Below are positions 10,444 to 18,916 of a stretch of 18,922 bases of DNA, one piece after another (within the stretch, counting starts at the first letter, position 1; every line of letters begins with the position of its first letter). Position numbers and translations under genes: made by a program. Under the pieces are notes generated by a model. It saw only the letters and a list, made by a program, of their open reading frames with translations. It did not search any database and was not told where the DNA came from. The DNA comes from Vibrio cholerae ATCC 14035 (GTDB lineage: Bacteria > Pseudomonadota > Gammaproteobacteria > Enterobacterales > Vibrionaceae), in contig NZ_JHXR01000034.1 in assembly GCF_000621645.1 (NCBI RefSeq), forward strand, positions 1 to 18,922, given 5' to 3'.

Positions 10444-10905
10444 TTACTCGAAACAGATTTCGATAAATGCATTGCCCCAAGGAGAAGAAAACGGCATCAG
10501 TATGATTGCCCCTTCACACTTATGACGAATTGTGTGTCCTCGGCCGGAGACGACAACGGGGGTGGCCATATCAAAATCAAAGCCGCTTTCTGCCAAAATT
10601 CGCTTCGCTCCACCTGTGACCATATTGGTGATCTCGCCGACCATATCAGTCACTTCTTCATTTAAACCATTCGGACGCTCACCCAGCATATTTTGCATGA
10701 TTTCCAAAGCAAGGCTCTCGTCAAAAGTGATCGACATAGAACCGCGCGTCGTTGGGCCAATCATGCCGATCAGACCAGAAACATCGCCGCGAGCGATTTC
10801 GTCTTTTTTAATCCGTGGTTTTTGTGGCTTCAACTCAAGGGAAGCCATGGTTTTCAACACGTTCATTAAAGACGCTAAAAACGGGTTTACAAATTCAGCG
10901 CGCAT
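10444..10905 (-). CDS. CheX-family (CheC/CheX/FliY-type) phosphatase-like protein
   Basis: 153 aa. The N-terminal FVNPFLASLMNVLKTM helix is followed by D87-x3-E91-x2-N94-x21-P116, which is one residue off the D/S-x3-E-x2-N-x22-P active-site signature. The start codon lies 9 nt after the zur stop, with AAGAAGG between them. Confidence 0.7.
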   Translation of the reverse strand: MRAEFVNPFLASLMNVLKTMASLELKPQKPRIKKDEIARGDVSGLIGMIGPTTRGSMSITFDESLALEIMQNMLGERPNGLNEEVTDMVGEITNMVTGGAKRILAESGFDFDMATPVVVSGRGHTIRHKCEGAIILMPFSSPWGNAFIEICFE

Positions 10906-10914
10906 AACCTTCTT

Positions 10915-11379
10915 CTATTGTTGCTTCTTCTCTTTCGAGAGACAGGTCTGACAAACCCCATGTGATTCGATGACATGGTTGCTTATCGTAAAACCGTGTT
11001 TCTCCGCGTTACTTGCTAGCAAGGCTACCAGACTATCATCCCGAGATTCAATCACGTTACCGCACTGGTCACAAATCAACAGATGTGAGAAGTGCTTATG
11101 AGCGTTACATGAACAGCAAGAGATAAAGCTGTTAGTCGACTCTACTCGGTGAATAAAGCCTTGTTCTAGCAAAAAATCCAGTGCTCGATATACAGTTGGA
11201 GGTTTAGCTTGCGGTTCACTTTTTTTCAGATCTTCCAGCAGTTCATACGCACTTGATGAGCGTTTACTGGCACAGATCAGCTCAAACACAGTTTTACGCT
11301 GTGATGTGAGGCGAACCCCTCTTGCTGCACATATTTCTTCAATTTGCTTGGTTAGCTTGTTGTCCAAAACCATCACCAT
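10915..11379 (-). CDS. zur: Zinc uptake regulator Zur (Fur family)
   Basis: EPQAKPPTVYRALDFLLEQGFIHRVESTNS is almost identical to the same stretch of E. coli Zur. The CxxC pairs are present (CDQCG, CQTC). The start is ambiguous: GTG 11382, ATG 11379 or ATG 11373. Confidence 0.88.
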   Translation of the reverse strand: MVMVLDNKLTKQIEEICAARGVRLTSQRKTVFELICASKRSSSAYELLEDLKKSEPQAKPPTVYRALDFLLEQGFIHRVESTNSFISCCSCNAHKHFSHLLICDQCGNVIESRDDSLVALLASNAEKHGFTISNHVIESHGVCQTCLSKEKKQQ

Positions 11380-11688
11380 CACTGTTGGACTTTAGTAATA
11401 ATATACTATGTCGAGATGAATATCGTTGACCGACAAAATAAAATCCACATGAAAGTAGATGCGAGGTCAACTCATCCTGTTGAATAGACGTAAATTACCT
11501 TATCTTGCTCAAAAACGATACTGTTAAGCTTATTAGTTGTGGTAAGGAGATTGTGGCAAGCCGACTAGGATCAAGCTTGTTCGGCTCACGAAACCTGCTG
11601 GTCGCGCCCATTTACCGTAAAGCGATTTACTGAACAAGGCATGGCGCTCACGCTAAGTTGCGATTAAAATGCCGGACTTCGATTTTTT

Positions 11689-11713
11689 CGCCACCGTGCG
11701 GTGGTTGTTTTTG
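11689..11713 (+). terminator. Terminator-like hairpin plus U-tract 24 nt upstream of dusA (attenuator or 3' end of an unannotated small transcript)
   Basis: CCACC-GUGC-GGUGG (11691-11704) is followed by UUGUUUUU (11705-12). It is + strand specific, since the opposite strand carries A-runs. The stem is only 5 bp plus one G-U, so it is marginal. Confidence 0.35.
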
Positions 11714-11735
11714 ACTGAAATGGGGACGTTCACCT

Positions 11736-12719
11736 ATGACTCACTCATGCAGACTCTCAGTTGCTCCAATGCTCGATTGGACCGACCGCCACTGCCGTTA
11801 TTTCCACCGTCTGCTCTCTGCGCAGACTCTGCTGTACACCGAAATGGTGACGACTGGCGCGATCATCCATGGTCGTGGCGATTTTCTGGCGTATAACCAA
11901 GAAGAGCATCCTGTAGCGTTACAGTTTGGTGGTTCCAATCCTAAGGATTTAGCGCATTGTGCCAAGCTGGCTCAAGAGCGAGGCTATGATGAAATTAACC
12001 TCAACGTCGGCTGTCCATCCGATCGGGTGCAGAATGGCCGCTTTGGCGCTTGTCTGATGGGCGAGCCGGACTTGGTGGCGGAGTGCGTCGCCGCCATGCG
12101 TGCGGTTGTCGACATTCCGGTGACAGTCAAAACGCGTATCGGTATTGATGATCAAGACTCGTACGAGTTTTTAACTCAGTTTATCGCCACAGTTGCGGAA
12201 AAAGGTGGCTGTGAGCAATTTACTATCCATGCGCGTAAAGCTTGGTTAAGTGGTCTGAGCCCGAAAGAAAACCGTGAAATTCCACCACTGGATTACCCAC
12301 GAGCGTACCAGATCAAACGTGATTTTCCGCACTTAACCATTGCAGTTAACGGTGGGGTGAAGAGCTTGGAAGAAGCGAAACTGCATCTGCAACATCTTGA
12401 TGGTGTGATGATCGGTCGAGAAGCGTATCAAAATCCGTATTTACTGGCTGAAGTGGATCAGCAGATTTTTGGCTTAGAAACGCCTGTGAAAAAACGCTCA
12501 CAAGTCATCCATGAAATGATGCCTTATATTGAGCGTGAACTTTCACAAGGCACCCATCTTGGTCATATGACTCGCCATATGTTAGGACTGTTCCAAAATA
12601 TGCCGGGTGCACGCCAATGGCGACGCCATATCAGTGAGAATGCGCACAAGCCTGGAGCGGGATTGGAAGTGGTTGAACAGGCGTTGGCCAAGATCCCTTA
12701 CCAAGAGTTAGGTGTGTAA
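11736..12719 (+). CDS. dusA: tRNA-dihydrouridine(20/20a) synthase DusA
   Basis: 327 aa. [23 protein letters not shown]...[21 protein letters not shown]...[11 protein letters not shown] is collinear with E. coli DusA, apart from E. coli's longer N-terminus. Confidence 0.96.
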   Translation: MTHSCRLSVAPMLDWTDRHCRYFHRLLSAQTLLYTEMVTTGAIIHGRGDFLAYNQEEHPVALQFGGSNPKDLAHCAKLAQERGYDEINLNVGCPSDRVQNGRFGACLMGEPDLVAECVAAMRAVVDIPVTVKTRIGIDDQDSYEFLTQFIATVAEKGGCEQFTIHARKAWLSGLSPKENREIPPLDYPRAYQIKRDFPHLTIAVNGGVKSLEEAKLHLQHLDGVMIGREAYQNPYLLAEVDQQIFGLETPVKKRSQVIHEMMPYIERELSQGTHLGHMTRHMLGLFQNMPGARQWRRHISENAHKPGAGLEVVEQALAKIPYQELGV

Positions 12720-12758
12720 AAAACACCAAACATTAGCGAAAATGCTTACTGTTTTTCG

Positions 12759-12797
12759 ATAAGCCAAGTGAGATGACGTCGCTTGGCTTATTTTTTC
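12759..12797 (+). terminator. Rho-independent terminator of dusA
   Basis: AUAAGCCAAG (12759-68) pairs with CUUGGCUUAU (12782-91) and is followed by UUUUUU. Confidence 0.82.
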
Positions 12798-12803
12798 TAT
12801 CTT

Positions 12804-12816
12804 AATCAAACGGTTG
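12804..12816 (+). promoter_or_regulatory. IHF core-consensus match upstream of the pspG promoter
   Basis: AATCAAACGGTTG fits WATCAANNNNTTR exactly, with a T-rich tract on its 5' side. It sits at roughly -53 to -41 relative to the predicted start site. Confidence 0.4.
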
Positions 12817-12830
12817 GCTTCTTTGTAAAG

Positions 12831-12848
12831 TTGGCGTGAAAACTGCAA
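12831..12848 (+). promoter_or_regulatory. Sigma-54 (-24/-12) promoter of pspG
   Basis: TTGGCGTGAAAACTGCAA. GG at 12833-34 and GC at 12845-46 have the exact 12-nt register of TGGCAC-N5-TTGC. The element lies about 30 nt upstream of the pspG start. E. coli pspG is known to be sigma-54/PspF/IHF dependent. Confidence 0.65.
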
Positions 12849-12878
12849 ATTAATAATGAATGACGCAGAGGAGTGCTG

Positions 12879-13091
12879 ATGATGTTTGAATTAATCTTTA
12901 TTTTTGTCTTTGCCGCTACACTATTGGTCACAGGCATCACTTTAATGAGTGTATTCGGTGCGATGGCGTTGGCGTTTTTGATCATGGCGCTGTTTGGCAT
13001 GTTGGGCATAGTATTAAAGTTACTGCCTTGGTTACTGGTGGTGTTGGTGGTGGTTTGGCTGATGCGCGATAAAGCGAAGGCTTCACGTTAG
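12879..13091 (+). CDS. pspG: Phage shock protein G (small inner-membrane protein)
   Basis: MMFELIFIFVFAATLLVTGITLM...KLLPWLLVVLVVVWL parallels E. coli PspG (MLELLFVIGFFVMLMVTGVSLL...KLLPWLLLAIAVVWV, recalled). It has the same position downstream of dusA. The SD AGAGGAG at 12867-73 favours ATG 12879 or 12882 over the track's GTG 12873. Confidence 0.82.
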   Translation: MMFELIFIFVFAATLLVTGITLMSVFGAMALAFLIMALFGMLGIVLKLLPWLLVVLVVVWLMRDKAKASR

Positions 13092-13179
13092 GAGATGACA
13101 AAACCCTATATCGAGAATAGGTTTGTGTTACCATCATCGCCTCAAAAGTATTGAATTGAAATCGAACGGAGCATAGTTC

Positions 13180-13845
13180 ATGAACCGAACTGCATCGGCG
13201 GCGCTGGTCACCGCACTGATGGTCATGCCTTTATCGGCCTCTGCCGCTGAATCATTTTATACTGCGTCAGTGGGCGCTGAGATGTGGTTAGCGAGCACGA
13301 AAATTGATAACACTCGTCGTGATGATGCGAACGCGCCTAACCTTTATTTTACGTTTGAGCACGGTTTTCCTTACCTGCCGAATGTGGGCTTGCGTTATAC
13401 CAATTTAGAAGCGGATTTCGCTTCGTTCGATAAGATCGATTACACCTTTTATTATCCATTGCTCAATCGCGAATTGATGAAGTTCGATGCGGGTATCACT
13501 CTAACCCAATATGCGAACAGTGATTACCGTGCGGCAGATGCCCGTCGCTACGATTTTGATCAAACCACGTTTAACTGGTATGCCAGCGCCGAAATTACCA
13601 TTCCTCATACGCCTTTTGATGTGATTGGTCAGTTTGATTTTGGTAACAATAGTGACCTGAAATCATCCGATGTGATGGCTGGCTTGCAATACCATCTGCC
13701 GATCCGAGCGGGAGACCTCGCATTCAAAGCGGGCTATCGAGTGGTAGATCTTGAGTTCACTGAACTGGCTAAGCAGTCCACCGATGTAAAGCAATCTTTT
13801 GTTTTTGCCGATGGTTGGTTTGTGGGGGCTCAATTTAGCTTCTGA
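13180..13845 (+). CDS. Putative outer-membrane beta-barrel protein (family uncertain)
   Basis: The signal peptide MNRTASAALVTALMVMPLSASA|AE is followed by alternating amphipathic strands rich in Y/F/G and a C-terminal ...GAQFSF ending in aromatic F. SD GGAG at 13168-71. Confidence 0.6.
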   Translation: MNRTASAALVTALMVMPLSASAAESFYTASVGAEMWLASTKIDNTRRDDANAPNLYFTFEHGFPYLPNVGLRYTNLEADFASFDKIDYTFYYPLLNRELMKFDAGITLTQYANSDYRAADARRYDFDQTTFNWYASAEITIPHTPFDVIGQFDFGNNSDLKSSDVMAGLQYHLPIRAGDLAFKAGYRVVDLEFTELAKQSTDVKQSFVFADGWFVGAQFSF

Positions 13846-13887
13846 TGAATTTCTCATTATTGAGTTTTTTGCTAACCAATACGTTTT

Positions 13888-13915
13888 AAATGAGCCACAA
13901 GTTGGCTCATTTTTA
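13888..13915 (+). terminator. Rho-independent terminator of the OMP gene
   Basis: AAAUGAGCCA-CAAGU-UGGCUCAUUU forms a 10-bp stem running into UUUU (13911-14). Confidence 0.82.
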
Positions 13916-13965
13916 CTATTTGGACCATGCTTAGTTTTATCAATAAGCCAAGGATGGAAAGCAAA

Positions 13966-14196
13966 ATGACGATTCCGGAGTTAAGAGAGCTATATCAAAC
14001 CCAGCAGCTCGTTGAGGCCATTATTGAGCCCTCCTTTCAAGAAGGGGAATGGATTGTCGAATTTCGCCATCAAATGGGGGGATTTGTGCTGCTTACCGAT
14101 GAAAATGGCGAAGAGTGTCGTTATATCGATCTCGATAGCGCTTCGCAATCCGCCATGGCGGTTGGGTTTCGTCAAGTTCGAATTGAAAACCAGTAG
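13966..14196 (+). CDS. Small acidic hypothetical protein (76 aa)
   Basis: MTIPELRELYQTQQLVEAIIEPSFQEGEWIVEFRHQMGGFVLLTDENGEECRYIDLDSASQSAMAVGFRQVRIENQ. The ORF is open from 13927, but only ATG 13966 has a usable SD (GGA at 13956-58, 7-nt spacing). I recognise no family. Confidence 0.5.
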   Translation: MTIPELRELYQTQQLVEAIIEPSFQEGEWIVEFRHQMGGFVLLTDENGEECRYIDLDSASQSAMAVGFRQVRIENQ

Positions 14197-14241
14197 CGAG
14201 ATGGTTAAGTCAAAAAGTTATAAAACATTCACATCTATTCT

Positions 14242-14270
14242 TTCTTGTTATTAAAAAGAGTGATTAATCT
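14242..14270 (+). promoter_or_regulatory. Candidate cysJIH promoter in an AT-rich, presumably CysB-dependent region
   Basis: TTCTTG (14242-47), a 17-bp spacer, then TAATCT (14265-70). The AT-rich stretch 14210-14265 sits where CysB sites lie in enteric cysJIH promoters. This is a pattern match only. Confidence 0.3.
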
Positions 14271-14302
14271 ATCGTCATGCAATGAATAGGGAAGTCGTGA
14301 CG

Positions 14303-16126
14303 ATGTCTACAGGAAACACTTTACCCCCGGCGCTAGCGGCACTCGCTAGTCCGTTAAATGATGCACAGCTCAATCAACTCCAACAAACCGTAACCCAACT
14401 GAATGCTCAGCAATTAGCTTGGGTCAGTGGTTATTTCTGGGGATTGAGTCAATCCAATGCATTGAGCGTTCCACACATTTCCGCTGGGCAGACTGCGTCT
14501 GCTGCTTCGGGTAAGCTGACGATCATTTTCGCTTCGCAAACGGGAAATGCGAAAGGTGTTGCTCAAGCGTTATTGAAAGAAGCGCAAGCTGCAGGCATTC
14601 AGGCCCAGTTATTTGACGCGAGCGATTACAAAGGCAAAGACTTAGCCAAAGAAACCCATGTAATTTTTGTCGCCTCAACCAATGGTGAAGGTGAAGCGCC
14701 GGATAATGCACTGGCACTGCATGAGTTTCTCAAATCCAAAAAAGCCCCCAAGCTGCCTAATCTTAAATATGGCGTCTTAGGATTGGGGGATTCCAGTTAT
14801 CAGTTTTTCTGCCAAACCGGCAAAGACTTTGATCAGTTTTTAGAAAACCTTGGGGCGCAACGTCTGGTTGAGCGCTTAGATGCGGATGTCGATTATCAGG
14901 CTGCAGCGACTGAGTGGCGCAAGCAAGTGCTGTCTATTTTGAAAGATGAGCTGACAGGAGCCGCGGCAGTGACGAGCGTGGCTACTTTCGCAGTGAGCCA
15001 GACAGCTGAGAGTCACTACAGTAAAGAGCAACCTTACACGGCGAGCTTATCGACGAGCCAAAAAATTACTGGCCGTGACTCAGGCAAAGATGTTCGCCAC
15101 ATCGAAATTGATTTGGCCGATTCTGGCATCACATACCAACCGGGTGATGCATTAGGTGTGTGGTATGAAAACCGTCCACAGCTGGTTAATGCCCTACTCG
15201 ATAGCGTAGGACTTTCTGGTCATGAAGAAGTACAAGTGGATGGCGAAACGCTTTCTCTGCATTCGGCACTGACTCATCATTATGAAATTACTGCAGCCAA
15301 TCCGCAGTTGGTGGCGCAATTTGCTGAGCTTGCACAAAGCGAAAAGCTCACCTCTTTAGCCCAAGATAAAGAGGCACTGCGTGAATACGCGACGCGTACG
15401 CAAGTGATTGATGTGTTGCGCGAAGAAAAAGTCACCCTTTCCGCGATTCAACTGTTATCACTTCTCCGTCGTTTAACGCCGCGTCTATATTCGATTGCCT
15501 CTAGTCAAAGTGAGGTGGGGGAAGAGGTGCATCTGACGGTTGGGGTGGTCGAGTATGAGTATAAGGGAGAGCAACGCTTGGGTGGTGCATCCAGCTTCTT
15601 AGCTCATCAATTAGAAGAGGGCGCTCCGGTTAAAGTCTTTGTTGAGCACAATAACAACTTCAAATTGCCGAGTGATGATAATGCGCCGCTGATCATGGTA
15701 GGCCCCGGAACGGGAATTGCTCCTTTCCGTAGCTTCATCCAAGAGCGCGAAAACCGTGGTGCAGCAGGAAAAAACTGGCTGTTGTTTGGTGACCGCACCT
15801 TTACCCAAGATTTCCTCTACCAAGTCGAGTGGCAAAAGTACCTCAAGTCTGGCGTGTTAAATCGCTTAGATGTGGCTTTTAGTCGCGATCAGCACGAAAA
15901 GGTGTATGTGCAGCATCGCCTTTTAGATCAAGCAGAGTTGGTATGGCAATGGTTACAAGAAGGCGCTTACTTCTACGTATGTGGTGATGCATCACGCATG
16001 GCGAAGGATGTGCACCAAGCATTAATTACTGTCGTCGAGCAACAAGGTGGCTTGAATCGTGAGCAAGCTGAAGAGTATGTGAGTGAACTGCGTAAAGCAA
16101 AACGTTATCAAAGGGATGTCTACTAA
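14303..16126 (+). CDS. cysJ: Sulfite reductase [NADPH] flavoprotein alpha subunit
   Basis: [11 protein letters not shown], the flavodoxin motif [17 protein letters not shown] and a C-terminal RYQRDVY are collinear with E. coli CysJ. The track start is ATG 14282. ATG 14303 is preceded by AGGGAAG at 8-nt spacing and is favoured. Confidence 0.95.
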   Translation: MSTGNTLPPALAALASPLNDAQLNQLQQTVTQLNAQQLAWVSGYFWGLSQSNALSVPHISAGQTASAASGKLTIIFASQTGNAKGVAQALLKEAQAAGIQAQLFDASDYKGKDLAKETHVIFVASTNGEGEAPDNALALHEFLKSKKAPKLPNLKYGVLGLGDSSYQFFCQTGKDFDQFLENLGAQRLVERLDADVDYQAAATEWRKQVLSILKDELTGAAAVTSVATFAVSQTAESHYSKEQPYTASLSTSQKITGRDSGKDVRHIEIDLADSGITYQPGDALGVWYENRPQLVNALLDSVGLSGHEEVQVDGETLSLHSALTHHYEITAANPQLVAQFAELAQSEKLTSLAQDKEALREYATRTQVIDVLREEKVTLSAIQLLSLLRRLTPRLYSIASSQSEVGEEVHLTVGVVEYEYKGEQRLGGASSFLAHQLEEGAPVKVFVEHNNNFKLPSDDNAPLIMVGPGTGIAPFRSFIQERENRGAAGKNWLLFGDRTFTQDFLYQVEWQKYLKSGVLNRLDVAFSRDQHEKVYVQHRLLDQAELVWQWLQEGAYFYVCGDASRMAKDVHQALITVVEQQGGLNREQAEEYVSELRKAKRYQRDVY

Positions 16127-17859
16127 TGAGCGCAAATCAAAACCCATCAGTACAAGAGGTGCTTGGCGAAGTGCTCGGCCCATGGTCGGATAATGAACGC
16201 CTAAAGCGTGAGAGTCATTTTCTACGCGGGACGATCGAGCAAGATCTGCAAGATCGCATTACCGGCGGCTTTACCGCGGACAACTTCCAACTCATCCGCT
16301 TTCATGGCATGTATCAGCAAGATGATCGTGATATCCGTGCTGAGCGTAGCAAGCAAAAACTTGAGCCTTTACACAATGTCATGCTCCGTGCGCGTATGCC
16401 GGGAGGGATCATCACTCCTCACCAGTGGCTCGCGATTGATAAGTTTGCAACCGAACATACTCTGTACGGCAGTATTCGTTTAACCACACGACAAACATTT
16501 CAGTTTCACGGTGTGCTTAAGCCGAATATCAAACTGATGCATCAAACCTTAAACAGCATTGGTATCGATTCGATTGCGACCGCAGGGGATGTGAACCGTA
16601 ACGTTTTGTGTACCTCTAACCCCGTGGAATCTCAGCTGCATCTGCAAGCTTACGAGTGGGCAAAAAAAATCAGTGAGCACCTACTACCGAAAACACGCGC
16701 TTATGCCGAGATTTGGTTGGATGGTGAAAAGATCGAAGGACCCGATGAAGAGCCCATTTTAGGTTCAAACTATTTGCCGCGTAAGTTCAAAACGACTGTT
16801 GTGATCCCGCCACACAATGATGTGGATGTGCACGCCAATGACTTGAACTTTGTCGCGATTGGTGAAAATGGCCAGTTGATCGGTTTTAACGTGTTGGTGG
16901 GTGGGGGTCTTGCGATGACTCATGGCGATACTTCAACCTATCCGCGTCGTGCCGATGACTTTGGTTTTATTCCTCTGGAAAAAACCTTGGAGGTGGCGGC
17001 TGCAGTCGTGAGCACGCAACGTGATTGGGGTAACCGTTCTAACCGTAAAAATGCCAAAACCAAGTACACCTTAGATCGTGTTGGGGTTGAGGTATTCAAA
17101 GCCGAAGTTGAAAAACGCGCGGGAATTACGTTTGCACCAAGCCGAGCTTATGAGTTTACCAGCCGTGGCGATCGGATTGGTTGGGTTGAAGGCATCGATG
17201 GCAAACATCATTTAACCCTGTTTATTGAAAATGGCCGCATATTGGATTTTCCGGGTAAGCCACTGAAAACGGGTGTCGCTGAAATTGCTAAGGTGCATCA
17301 AGGCGATTTCCGGATGACGGCTAACCAGAACTTGATTGTGGCCGGTGTGCCAGCGGATCAGAAACAGCAGATTGAACAGCTTGCACGTAGTCATGGTTTG
17401 ATCGATGATGGTGTTAGTGAGCAGCGCATCAATTCTATGGCGTGTGTCGCCTTCCCAACCTGTCCACTGGCCATGGCGGAGGCTGAGCGTTTTCTCCCTT
17501 CTTTTGTCACAGAAGTGGAAGGTATCTTGGCAAAACATGCGTTACCAAAAGAAGAGAACATCATTTTGCGTGTGACGGGCTGCCCGAATGGGTGCGGTCG
17601 AGCCATGTTGGCTGAGATTGGCCTAGTCGGTAAAGCACCGGGTCGCTACAACCTCCATTTAGGCGGCAATCGAAATGGAACGCGTATTCCTAAGATGTAT
17701 AAAGAGAACATTACCGATACGCAAATTCTTCAAGAAATTGATGAGTTGGTGGGACGTTGGGCTAGCGAGCGTCTGGACGGTGAAGGATTTGGTGATTTCA
17801 CTATTCGTGCAGGCATTATCGAAGAGGTAATCATCTCGAAGAGGGATTTCTATGCCTAA
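16126..17859 (+). CDS. cysI: Sulfite reductase [NADPH] hemoprotein beta subunit
   Basis: 577 aa. It has the siroheme/4Fe-4S motifs ([23 protein letters not shown]). The start overlaps the cysJ stop (TAATG). Confidence 0.97.
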   Translation: MSANQNPSVQEVLGEVLGPWSDNERLKRESHFLRGTIEQDLQDRITGGFTADNFQLIRFHGMYQQDDRDIRAERSKQKLEPLHNVMLRARMPGGIITPHQWLAIDKFATEHTLYGSIRLTTRQTFQFHGVLKPNIKLMHQTLNSIGIDSIATAGDVNRNVLCTSNPVESQLHLQAYEWAKKISEHLLPKTRAYAEIWLDGEKIEGPDEEPILGSNYLPRKFKTTVVIPPHNDVDVHANDLNFVAIGENGQLIGFNVLVGGGLAMTHGDTSTYPRRADDFGFIPLEKTLEVAAAVVSTQRDWGNRSNRKNAKTKYTLDRVGVEVFKAEVEKRAGITFAPSRAYEFTSRGDRIGWVEGIDGKHHLTLFIENGRILDFPGKPLKTGVAEIAKVHQGDFRMTANQNLIVAGVPADQKQQIEQLARSHGLIDDGVSEQRINSMACVAFPTCPLAMAEAERFLPSFVTEVEGILAKHALPKEENIILRVTGCPNGCGRAMLAEIGLVGKAPGRYNLHLGGNRNGTRIPKMYKENITDTQILQEIDELVGRWASERLDGEGFGDFTIRAGIIEEVIISKRDFYA

Positions 17860-18613
17860 TCGTACCGTTCCAACACTAGAAGAGTTACTAACGTTAAATA
17901 AGGTGCAGCAAACGCTGCGCCTAACGGAAGTCAATCAGCATCTGGAATCCCTCACTGCGCAAGAGCGCGTCGTCTGGGGTCTAGAAAATCTGCAGGGCAA
18001 TCATGCACTGTCATCGAGCTTTGGTATCCAAGCCGCAGTGATGCTTCATTTATTAACTTCAGTGAAGAGTGACATTCCTGTCGTTTTAACCGATACCGGC
18101 TATCTGTTCCCAGAAACCTATCAGTTTATCGATGAGTTGACTGAGCGGCTCAATCTGAACTTAAAAGTTTACTCCGCGCCTGTATCAGCGGCTTGGCAAG
18201 AAGCTCGCTACGGAAAACTGTGGGAACAAGGTGTTGAAGGAATCGAACGCTACAACCAGATTAATAAAGTAGAACCGATGCGTAGAGCATTAGATGAACT
18301 CAACATTGGCACTTGGTTCTCGGGCTTACGACGTGAACAGTCACAATCACGAGCAAGCCTACCGATTCTATCGGTACAAAATGGCGTGTTTAAATTCCTG
18401 CCAGTGATCGATTGGACCAATAAAGAGGTGCACTATTATCTCAAGGATAACGATCTACCTTATCACCCACTTTGGGAACAAGGTTATCTTTCGGTTGGTG
18501 ATACACACACCACACAGAAATGGCAGCCGGGAATGAATGAAGAGCAAACTCGCTTCTTTGGTTTAAAGCGTGAGTGTGGGTTACACGAAGATCATAACGA
18601 TACACATCAATAA
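17852..18613 (+). CDS. cysH: Phosphoadenosine phosphosulfate (PAPS) reductase
   Basis: 253 aa. [13 protein letters not shown] and a C-terminal ECGLHE motif. It overlaps the end of cysI by 8 nt, consistent with a translationally coupled cysJIH operon. Confidence 0.95.
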   Translation: MPNRTVPTLEELLTLNKVQQTLRLTEVNQHLESLTAQERVVWGLENLQGNHALSSSFGIQAAVMLHLLTSVKSDIPVVLTDTGYLFPETYQFIDELTERLNLNLKVYSAPVSAAWQEARYGKLWEQGVEGIERYNQINKVEPMRRALDELNIGTWFSGLRREQSQSRASLPILSVQNGVFKFLPVIDWTNKEVHYYLKDNDLPYHPLWEQGYLSVGDTHTTQKWQPGMNEEQTRFFGLKRECGLHEDHNDTHQ

Positions 18614-18643
18614 ACGCGTTCATTTTCTATTTACACATAATAA

Positions 18644-18672
18644 AGAGAGGCTGCCGTGATGTAGCCTCTTGC
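18644..18672 (+). terminator. Probable cysJIH terminator hairpin (weak U-tract)
   Basis: AGAGAGGCU (18644-52) pairs with AGCCUCUU (18663-70), about 8 bp including one G-U, with a 10-nt loop. It is followed by GCUUUAUCU. Confidence 0.45.
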
Positions 18673-18775
18673 TTTATCTCAGCCTACAAATGAATAACTC
18701 TGTGGATAAGTTGTCATCAAGGTCTGAGTAAAGTGGGATAAATAAGCCATTGCGCGCAAATGCAGCGGTTAAGCG

Positions 18776-18832
18776 TTATTTCTATAAATTTTCTCAAAAA
18801 ACACTTGCCAGTGTGAAGCGGATCTCTATAAT
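18776..18832 (+). promoter_or_regulatory. rRNA-operon-type P1 promoter with UP element
   Basis: -35 TTGCCA (18805-10), a 16-bp spacer, -10 TATAAT (18827-32), and the GC-rich discriminator GCGCCCTC. Compare E. coli rrnB P1 ...TATAATGCGCC. The A/T-rich UP-like tract TATAAATTTTCTCAAAAAACA lies at 18783-18803. Confidence 0.75.
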
Positions 18833-18910
18833 GCGCCCTCGTTGACGCAGCAAGGGCTCACAGCCAAATCGATGCCTCAACAGGCCAGAAAAGAAAATTG
18901 AAAAAAGTGT

Positions 18911-18916
18911 TTGACA
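18911..18916 (+). promoter_or_regulatory. -35 hexamer of a probable rrn P2 promoter (rest lies beyond the window)
   Basis: Consensus TTGACA preceded by an A-run, about 105 bp downstream of P1, which is the usual tandem P1-P2 spacing. The -10 is outside the window. Confidence 0.45.

Noticed and set aside
10378-10951. + strand ORFs (95 and 139 aa) antisense to the CheX-like gene and the end of zur
   Set aside because: The S/P/I-rich translations have no recognisable motif. The - strand frame carries the CheX signature and proper operon context.
11391-11413. AT-rich AATAATATA core upstream of zur as a possible Zur box (autoregulation)
   Set aside because: Only the central 8 bp resemble the GAAATGTTATAWTATAACATTTC palindrome and the flanking arms do not match. 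I found no convincing Zur box anywhere in the window, including upstream of the MBL gene.
11540-11712. CsrB-like or other known sRNA identity for the zur/dusA spacer
   Set aside because: There are only two or three GGA motifs, far too few for a Csr-type sponge. I see no resemblance to the Spot 42, 4.5S, 6S or RyhB sequences I can recall. It is kept only as an unnamed candidate in the findings.
11669-11896. 75-aa ORF spanning the terminator-like hairpin and the dusA 5' end in another frame
   Set aside because: The dusA frame is unambiguously supported by homology ([16 protein letters not shown]). The alternative frame has no SD and no recognisable sequence.
11736-11900. The dusA 5' end as an integration hotspot for dusA-specific integrase islands
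   Set aside because: dusA is intact and collinear from its N-terminal conserved block. There is no integrase, no duplicated dusA 5' fragment and no att-like direct repeat in the window. The site is unoccupied.
13101-13123. Bulged hairpin AAACCCUAU-N7-AUAGGUUU after pspG as a terminator
   Set aside because: The stem is imperfect with a bulged C, and the tail is only GUGUU. It is too weak to list as a feature, and pspG may read through toward the OMP gene.
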